Shown here piece after piece: positions 6,958 through 11,875 of a DNA stretch of 11,875 bases (the stretch's first letter is position 1; every line of letters starts with the position of its first letter). The translations under genes were made by a program, and so were the position numbers. Below the pieces are notes generated by a model. The model was given only the letters and a program-made list of their open reading frames with translations. It was not told where the DNA came from and did no database searches. Source of the stretch: Armatimonadota bacterium (GTDB taxonomy: Bacteria; Armatimonadota; Armatimonadia; Armatimonadales; Armatimonadaceae); contig JAYUUO010000146.1 of assembly GCA_043754515.1 (NCBI GenBank), positions 1 through 11,875 on the forward strand, read 5' to 3'.

Positions 6958-7417
6958 GAACCTTCGGACATGCCGGGGTGCCGTAGAGCGGGCACTCGGG
7001 AGACGGGCGGCAGGACGCGGCGGCGCGGCGTAGCGGCTCGCGCCACTCGCCGGGTTCACGCGCGGTGCTGGCCGCGTCCAGAATCGCGTCGGCGAGCGAC
7101 GCGTCGTAGTTGAACGCTTCGGCGACGGTGAACACGAGATCCGGGTAACTGGCACGTGCTTCGGCGAGCTTTTCGGGCAGACTTTTGGTGATGAAGTAGC
7201 CGGAGATCAGGAAGTAAGGCGCGACGATGATGCGCGTCGCTCCCGCCGCGACGCACCGGTCAACCGCCTCGGCGAATGACGGCTCGGAGTAGTTGAGGTA
7301 GCCGATCTCGACCGGGGCATACTCCCCCGCCTCCCGGATGCGCGCGGCGTGGACGTTCAACGCGTCCCCCGCGCCGCACAGGAGCGAGCCGTGCGAGAAA
7401 AGGATCAGGGCATTCAT
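6944..7417 (-). CDS. cbiX: CbiX/SirB-family (short, single-domain) sirohydrochlorin chelatase-like protein with Cys-rich tail
   Basis: Motifs LILFSHGS, VEIGYLNYSEPSF.EAV..C...GA.RI.V.PYFL..G and LP..L.EA...YP.L.F..A. Tail is C-x5-C-x7-C. Overlaps the convergent ABC gene by 14 bp. Confidence 0.78.
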   Translation of the reverse strand: MNALILFSHGSLLCGAGDALNVHAARIREAGEYAPVEIGYLNYSEPSFAEAVDRCVAAGATRIIVAPYFLISGYFITKSLPEKLAEARASYPDLVFTVAEAFNYDASLADAILDAASTAREPGEWREPLRRAAASCRPSPECPLYGTPACPKVPKPP

Positions 7418-7424
7418 GCTTCAC

Positions 7425-7430
7425 ATAGTA
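7425..7430 (-). promoter_or_regulatory. -10 box TACTAT, 7 nt upstream of the cbiX ATG (leaderless-type)
   Basis: Minus strand reads gcggTACTATgtgaagcATG. No SD. Confidence 0.6.
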
Positions 7431-7579
7431 CCGCGAAAACGTCGGCGCGCGGAAGGATCGCGGCGTTCGCGGCGCGGTCACGCTCACGTTCGTATGGCGC
7501 GCCGCCCCGTGATGAAAACATCCGTGTACCTCTCAAAAGCATGAAGCGGGGGGCAATGCCGCGTGGTTACGCGGGCGTC

Positions 7580-7942
7580 TCAGCGGGCGCGGAGAACGAG
7601 GTCTACCTGATCGCTGAGGGCGGGCTTATAGCGTGCGTTCGCGAAGTGCAGATCCCGTAGCAGAACCCGGCCCACCGTCGGCGCGAAATCTAGGGCGCGG
7701 GATGCCTCGTTCGCGTAGTCGTAGGCGTCATCAAGCGATTCGAACAGGAACACGAAGTCGCGGTTGTTCTCGCGGTGTACGACGAGCTCCTCGCCCGCCG
7801 CATTCGGGACTTTGAGGCACAGGGCGGTGGCGGGCAGGGTACAGCGGGTCTGGAAGAACGCCGCGTTATCCTCCGAAGGCGGGCGGGCAGGTTGGTCGCC
7901 TGGTATCGTGTAGTCGCGGTGGTTTTCGTCGTACAAAGGCAT
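7580..7942 (-). CDS. Hypothetical protein with a DUF3110-like motif
   Basis: 120-aa ORF with normal composition, 18 nt downstream of the upstream gene. VFLFESLDDA.DYA......DF.PTV resembles the VLMFE.EDDA.RYA..L.A.DFP.P.V motif I recall for DUF3110. Confidence 0.65.
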   Translation of the reverse strand: MPLYDENHRDYTIPGDQPARPPSEDNAAFFQTRCTLPATALCLKVPNAAGEELVVHRENNRDFVFLFESLDDAYDYANEASRALDFAPTVGRVLLRDLHFANARYKPALSDQVDLVLRAR

Positions 7943-7960
7943 GTTCGTGTCTCGCTAAGT

Positions 7961-8476
7961 TCAGAGTGTTGAAACGGCTTCGGCCTGCATCGCTCGTGTG
8001 GACATAGATTTCGCAACCGGCGCGACGGGGCGGATCGGCGACTCGCCGGTTCGGTAGTACCGTTCGGCGGTGTGCACCGTTTCGCGCAGTGCCTCAAGGT
8101 TAGCGTACTGCGTCTCAGCAAGAGTGGATCGTCCCGGCGCGGCAACCATACTCGTCGCAACTGCCGGGGAGAAGTAACTGGGGGAAGCGGTTCGGCCAAT
8201 GGGCGTGGGCGCGGCGTAAGTGTATATCCCCGCCGGAGGGGGGGGCGACGCGCGGTTCTCAAAGCGGGCGAAGCCAGGGTCCGCGTCCCGCAACGAGCGG
8301 ATGCCGACCACTAGTAAGAAGATGAACGAGAGTGTGAGGGGAACCCCTACCGTGACCAAGGGGTGGTTATACCACCGGTCGCAGTTCGGACATTCGCCCC
8401 GAAGCGAGCGTTTACACCCGCAATGTCCACACCACCCACTCGCGAGGTACGCCTCCGCGATTCCGATTGTTGCCAA
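7961..8476 (-). CDS. Hypothetical zinc-ribbon + single-TM protein (start uncertain: TTG 8476 or GTG 8515)
   Basis: CGHC-x9-CPNC, TM segment PLVTVGVPLTLSFIFLLVVGI, Pro/Ser/Thr-rich linker and a short amphipathic helix. GAGGAAGG lies upstream of the TTG. The ORF-track ATG at 8566 is upstream of the putative -10 box. Confidence 0.7.
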   Translation of the reverse strand: MATIGIAEAYLASGWCGHCGCKRSLRGECPNCDRWYNHPLVTVGVPLTLSFIFLLVVGIRSLRDADPGFARFENRASPPPPAGIYTYAAPTPIGRTASPSYFSPAVATSMVAAPGRSTLAETQYANLEALRETVHTAERYYRTGESPIRPVAPVAKSMSTRAMQAEAVSTL

Positions 8477-8536
8477 CGCCGTTTGTTTTGCCTTCCTCGA
8501 AAATAGGGTAAGCACTGCTTTCCGCTTACACGGGAC

Positions 8537-8542
8537 ATTGTA
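8537..8542 (-). promoter_or_regulatory. -10 box TACAAT for the zinc-ribbon/hypothetical gene pair
   Basis: Minus strand reads aggcTACAATgtccc. Confidence 0.5.
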
Positions 8543-8565
8543 GCCTAGATGTGGCCCGCTGTCCA

Positions 8566-8574
8566 TGTTACACT
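8566..8574 (+). promoter_or_regulatory. Extended -10 (TGtTACACT), 8 nt upstream of mutY GTG 8583
   Basis: Reads TGtTACACTacgccataGTG. The GTG is in the mutY frame and has no SD. Confidence 0.55.
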
Positions 8575-8582
8575 ACGCCATA

Positions 8583-9713
8583 GTGAAGTTTGATTCCCCC
8601 GACGACGCGGCGCGGGCGGGCACGTTCCGTGATTCCCTGCTCTCCTGGTACCAGAAGAGTCTGCGCAAATTACCCTGGCGCGAGACGCGCGAACCGTATG
8701 CTATCTGGATTTCGGAGACGATGCTCCAGCAGACGCTGGTGGCGACCGTCATCCCCTACTACAACCGGTGGCTCGCGCGATTCCCGACCGTGAGCGATCT
8801 CGCCGACGCCCCACTCGACGACGTGCTTCAGGCGTGGCAGGGCCTCGGCTACTACAGCCGCGCCCGCAATCTTCACAAGGCGGCGGGCGAGATCGTGGCG
8901 CGGCATGGCGGCTCGTTCCCGACGACCTACGAGGATGTGCTCGCCCTGCCCGGCGTCGGGCGGTACACGGCGGGAGCCGTCTGCTCCATCGCGCTCGACC
9001 TCGACACCCCTATCGTGGACGCGAACGTGGTGCGGGTGCTGTGCCGCGTGTTCGGCATCCATGGCGACCCGAAAGGGAAAGAAGCACAGGCTGCGCTCTG
9101 GCGGCTCGCGGAAGCGCTCATACCGCCCGGCGACGCGGGTATCTTCAACCAGGCGATGATGGAACTCGGCGCGCTGGTTTGTGGCACCCCGCCTAAGTGC
9201 GAACAGTGCCCCACGCGGGAAACGTGCTACGCGTACGCGACCGGCGCGCCGTCGGCACTGCCGGAGTTCGCGGCGAAACCGGTGTTCACGGTGCAGACCG
9301 ATGTGTCGGCGGTGATCCGGGACGATTCGGGTGCGCTACTCCTGATCCAACGCCCTCTCGACGCGGGATTGTGGGCCGGGCTGTGGGAGATGCCTCGGGT
9401 GACGGCGGAGGCGGACGAAACGGTGCCGGACGCCGCCGCCCGCGCCGCCCGCGATGTCGCCGGGTTCTTGGGAGCGGACGCGCCCCCCGATTCCACGGTG
9501 GCGCAGGTTAAGCACGGAGTCACGACGCGCAGGATCACCCTGCTTGCCGTCGCGGTTCGGATTCGGGGCGAGCAACGCGGCACGGCAGTGGTCGCCTGGG
9601 CATCGTATGAGGAGGCGTTAACGAATTTCGCGCTCTCGTCCCCGCAACGCCGACTGATCGAACAGTTAGCGGAGCGTGACCGGGCGGCGGACATTCAACC
9701 GAGTCTATTCTGA
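8583..9713 (+). CDS. mutY: A/G-specific adenine DNA glycosylase MutY
   Basis: Motifs R.LPWR...PY.IWISE.MLQQT, W.GLGYYSRARNLH, HhH LPGVGRYTA, catalytic VDANV.RV, FNQAMMELGA, four Cys ligands for 4Fe-4S and a NUDIX-like C-domain GLW.GLWE.P. Alternative start is ATG 8565. Confidence 0.95.
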   Translation: MKFDSPDDAARAGTFRDSLLSWYQKSLRKLPWRETREPYAIWISETMLQQTLVATVIPYYNRWLARFPTVSDLADAPLDDVLQAWQGLGYYSRARNLHKAAGEIVARHGGSFPTTYEDVLALPGVGRYTAGAVCSIALDLDTPIVDANVVRVLCRVFGIHGDPKGKEAQAALWRLAEALIPPGDAGIFNQAMMELGALVCGTPPKCEQCPTRETCYAYATGAPSALPEFAAKPVFTVQTDVSAVIRDDSGALLLIQRPLDAGLWAGLWEMPRVTAEADETVPDAAARAARDVAGFLGADAPPDSTVAQVKHGVTTRRITLLAVAVRIRGEQRGTAVVAWASYEEALTNFALSSPQRRLIEQLAERDRAADIQPSLF

Positions 9714-9757
9714 TTGTCGTGAGTTACGTAGTTCGCGTCCGCCAAAAAAGAAAACGG

Positions 9758-9763
9758 TATACT
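9758..9763 (+). promoter_or_regulatory. -10 box TATACT, 13 nt upstream of the cysS ATG; SD-less short leader
   Basis: Reads acggTATACTaaccgcgacacacATG, preceded by an A-tract. Confidence 0.55.
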
Positions 9764-9776
9764 AACCGCGACACAC

Positions 9777-11186
9777 ATGAATATCTCCCTATACAACACG
9801 CTTTCCCGCTCGAAAGAGACCTTCGAGCCGCTGGTCCCCGGCCACGTCGGGATATACACCTGCGGCCCCACCGTATACAACTACGCGCATATAGGTAACC
9901 TGCGAACCTTTCTATTCGAGGATCTGCTGGCGCGCATGTTCCGAATGAACGGTTATGAGACCAAATGGGTGATGAACATCACCGACGTCGGGCACCAGAC
10001 CTCGGACGGCGATGCGGGGGAGGACAAAATGGAGAAGGGTGCTCGCGAACAGAACCTGTCGGTATGGGAGATAGCCCGCAAGTACGAAGACGCCTTCATG
10101 GAGGATCTCGTCCGCCTCGGCGTCACGCGCCCCGACATACTCCCCCGCGCCACCGATCACGTCCCCGAGATGATCACGCTGAACGAGCGGCTAGAGCGCA
10201 ACGGCTACACATACACGACGCCCGAGGGCCTGTACTTCGACACCGCGAAAGACCCCGATTACGGCAAACTCGCGAACCTGAACCGGAGCGAGCAACGGTC
10301 CGGGCAGCGCGGGGATCTGGTTATTGACAGTGCGAAGCGCAACCCCGCCGACTTCATCCTCTGGTTCTCGAACAAGCCGAACCACATCATGAAGTGGGAC
10401 TCGCCCTGGGGAACCGGGTACCCCGGTTGGCACATCGAGTGCTCGGCGATGAGCATGAAGTACCTCGGCGAGACGTTCGACATCCACTGCGGCGGGAATG
10501 ACCACATTCCCGTTCACCACACCAACGAGATCGCGCAATCCGAATGCGCGACCGGGCACCCGTTCGTCCGGTACTGGATGCACACCGCGTTTCTAGTACT
10601 CCCGAAAGGCGAAAAGGTATCAAAATCCGGCAACTTCATGACCGTGCAGAGCCTTATTGACTCCGGCTATGACCCACTTGCGTACCGCTATCTGTGCCTT
10701 CAAGCGCATTACCGGTCAGAAATGATGCTCGCCTGGGAGTGGGATAAAGAAAAGCCGGGTATCGGTCGCGCCGAATCGCTCGACGCCGCGCAGGTCGCCC
10801 TGACACGCCTCTACGAAAAGATCGCCCGCACGACGGACGAACCGCTTAAAGCGGATGTCGCATACCAGTCTGCCTACGACGAGGTGTTGTCCGCGCTGAA
10901 CGACGACCTGAACGTACCCAAGGCACTAGCGACGCTGAACACATTCGCCTCGCCCCGGTTGTGGAAGGCGTTCGACAGCGTGCTCGGCCTGAACATTGAG
11001 GCCCGCGCCGTAGCCCCCCAGGAGGAGACCGCGCCGGAATCCGTGTTGGTGTTGCTCGAAGCGCGGCAATCCGCCCGGAGGGCAAAGGAGTTCGCCCGCT
11101 CGGACAGCCTGCGCGACGAGATCGCCGCGCTCGGGTGGGAAGTCGCCGACACGCCCCATGGACCTACGCTGAAGCGCAAAGGCTAG
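9777..11186 (+). CDS. cysS: Cysteine--tRNA ligase
   Basis: Motifs LYNTLSR.KE.F, YTCGPTVY..AHIGN, NITDV, WDSPWG.G.PGWHIECSAMS, DIH.GG.DH...HH.NEIAQSE, KVSKS, DDLN.P.A and SD.LRDEI...G..V.DT..G. Confidence 0.97.
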   Translation: MNISLYNTLSRSKETFEPLVPGHVGIYTCGPTVYNYAHIGNLRTFLFEDLLARMFRMNGYETKWVMNITDVGHQTSDGDAGEDKMEKGAREQNLSVWEIARKYEDAFMEDLVRLGVTRPDILPRATDHVPEMITLNERLERNGYTYTTPEGLYFDTAKDPDYGKLANLNRSEQRSGQRGDLVIDSAKRNPADFILWFSNKPNHIMKWDSPWGTGYPGWHIECSAMSMKYLGETFDIHCGGNDHIPVHHTNEIAQSECATGHPFVRYWMHTAFLVLPKGEKVSKSGNFMTVQSLIDSGYDPLAYRYLCLQAHYRSEMMLAWEWDKEKPGIGRAESLDAAQVALTRLYEKIARTTDEPLKADVAYQSAYDEVLSALNDDLNVPKALATLNTFASPRLWKAFDSVLGLNIEARAVAPQEETAPESVLVLLEARQSARRAKEFARSDSLRDEIAALGWEVADTPHGPTLKRKG

Positions 11187-11202
11187 CCGCCCGGCGGCAT
11201 TG

Positions 11203-11501
11203 TCAGTAGGTGGGCCAGATACCCGGCGTCGCGAGTTTGATCAGATGGCCGTCCGGGTCGCGGAAGTAGACGCTGGTGCCGCCGCGCTCCGGACGCACGA
11301 CGCTTTCAATGGCGACACCCTTCTCGGCGAGACGCGCCTGCCATTCGGCGAGCGAATCGGCTGAGATCGCGAACGCGACGTGCTAGGTGCCGTGCGTGTC
11401 ATGCGGCGGGATGAACCCGCCGGGCGTCTCCTCACCCTCGGTGGACTTGCCCTCGGAGAATAAAAGCAACACCTGCGCGCTGTCGCCGCCCCCCATTCCG
11501 G
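11203..11501 (-). pseudogene. VOC/glyoxalase-family protein pseudogene, N-terminus cut off by ISAs1
   Basis: My translation is GMGGGDSAQVLLLFSEGKSTEGEETPGGFIPPHDTHGT*HVAFAISADSLAEWQARLAEKGVAIESVVRPERGGTSVYFRDPDGHLIKLATPGIWPTY*. It carries an internal TAG at 11383-11385 and the VOC signature S.YF.DPDG..(E)L. Confidence 0.85.
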
Positions 11502-11875
11502 CAGGGCGATTGCATTAAACAGTTCGCCCTGTTTGCCCTAAAGTTCCGCAACCCCGCATGAAATCGCCCTCCCGTTCCCGAACACCGAGGCATGACAAGT
11601 TGCACCGCTTTCGCTCACCTCCCCGATCCGAGAATCGCCCGCCGTCGCCGCTATGCGCTGGATGACCTTCTCTTCATCGCCCTTTCGTGCCGTCCTGGGC
11701 GGGGCGAATAATTTCGTGGAGATCGAGTTGTGGGCGAAAGCCAAACAAGAATGGCTTCAACAACACCTCCCTCCGCAACACGGCATCCCGTCCCACGACA
11801 CATTCGGGCGCGTCCAGGCGGGCGAAGATCTTCGCGGGATGTTTCCACGAATGGACGACGAGGGGGTCTTAGCCC
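11502..11875 (+). mobile_element. ISAs1-family insertion sequence remnant (left end)
   Basis: Starts CAGGGCGATTGCATTAAA, a typical ISAs1 CAGGG terminus, at the point where the VOC gene is cut. The transposase N-terminus follows about 90 nt inside. Confidence 0.8.
11592..11872 (+). pseudogene. ISAs1 transposase N-terminal fragment, frameshifted
   Basis: FAHLPDPRIARRRRYALDDLLFIAL, frameshift at ~11686, AVLGGANNFVEIELWAKAKQEWLQQHL...HGIPSHDTFGRV, deletion and frameshift at ~11815-11821, then AKIFAGCFHEW. Confidence 0.85.

Noticed and set aside
7431..7579. Cobalamin or other riboswitch upstream of cbiX
   Set aside because: No B12-box-like motifs are seen. cbiX has a -10 box 7 nt from its ATG, leaving no leader, and only short GC-rich hairpins are present.
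8238..8245. G8 tract as a phase-variation site
   Set aside because: It is short and explained by the poly-Pro codons (PPPP) of a GC-rich gene.
3430..11385. Stop-codon reassignment or read-through (TGA/TAG) explaining the in-frame stops
   Set aside because: The implied residues are inconsistent (TGA = Trp and Arg; TAG = Trp and Gln). Intact genes here end normally in TAG (309, 6957, 11186) and TGA (2431, 9713), and both affected genes are also IS-truncated.
1..11875. CRISPR array, tRNA/rRNA, prophage or defence-system genes
   Set aside because: By eye I found no regularly spaced repeats, cloverleaf signatures, or phage, nuclease or reverse-transcriptase motifs.

Overview
GC-rich bacterial chromosomal window; the protein style tentatively suggests an Armatimonadota-like lineage, which is inference only. 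Housekeeping and metabolic genes: the 3' end of a YncE/phosphoesterase-type gene, an FGGY gluconokinase-like kinase, a DUF2721 membrane protein, an orphan Tat-lipoprotein peptide ABC substrate-binding protein, an atypical CbiX/SirB chelatase, mutY and cysS. There are also three hypothetical genes. Two decaying patches are present: (i) a degenerate IS1 fused to an N-terminally truncated substrate-binding-protein pseudogene with three in-frame stops, and (ii) a VOC/glyoxalase pseudogene cut by a frameshifted ISAs1 element, which the ORF track misses. I do not see a clear-cut new multi-gene system. The most notable signals are TANNNT -10 boxes 6-8 nt before four start codons (leaderless translation), a CbiX that lacks its second His and has a Cys-rich tail, short palindromic in-frame inserts in the IS1 transposase, and inactivating substitutions that all reconstruct as C>T/G>A transitions.
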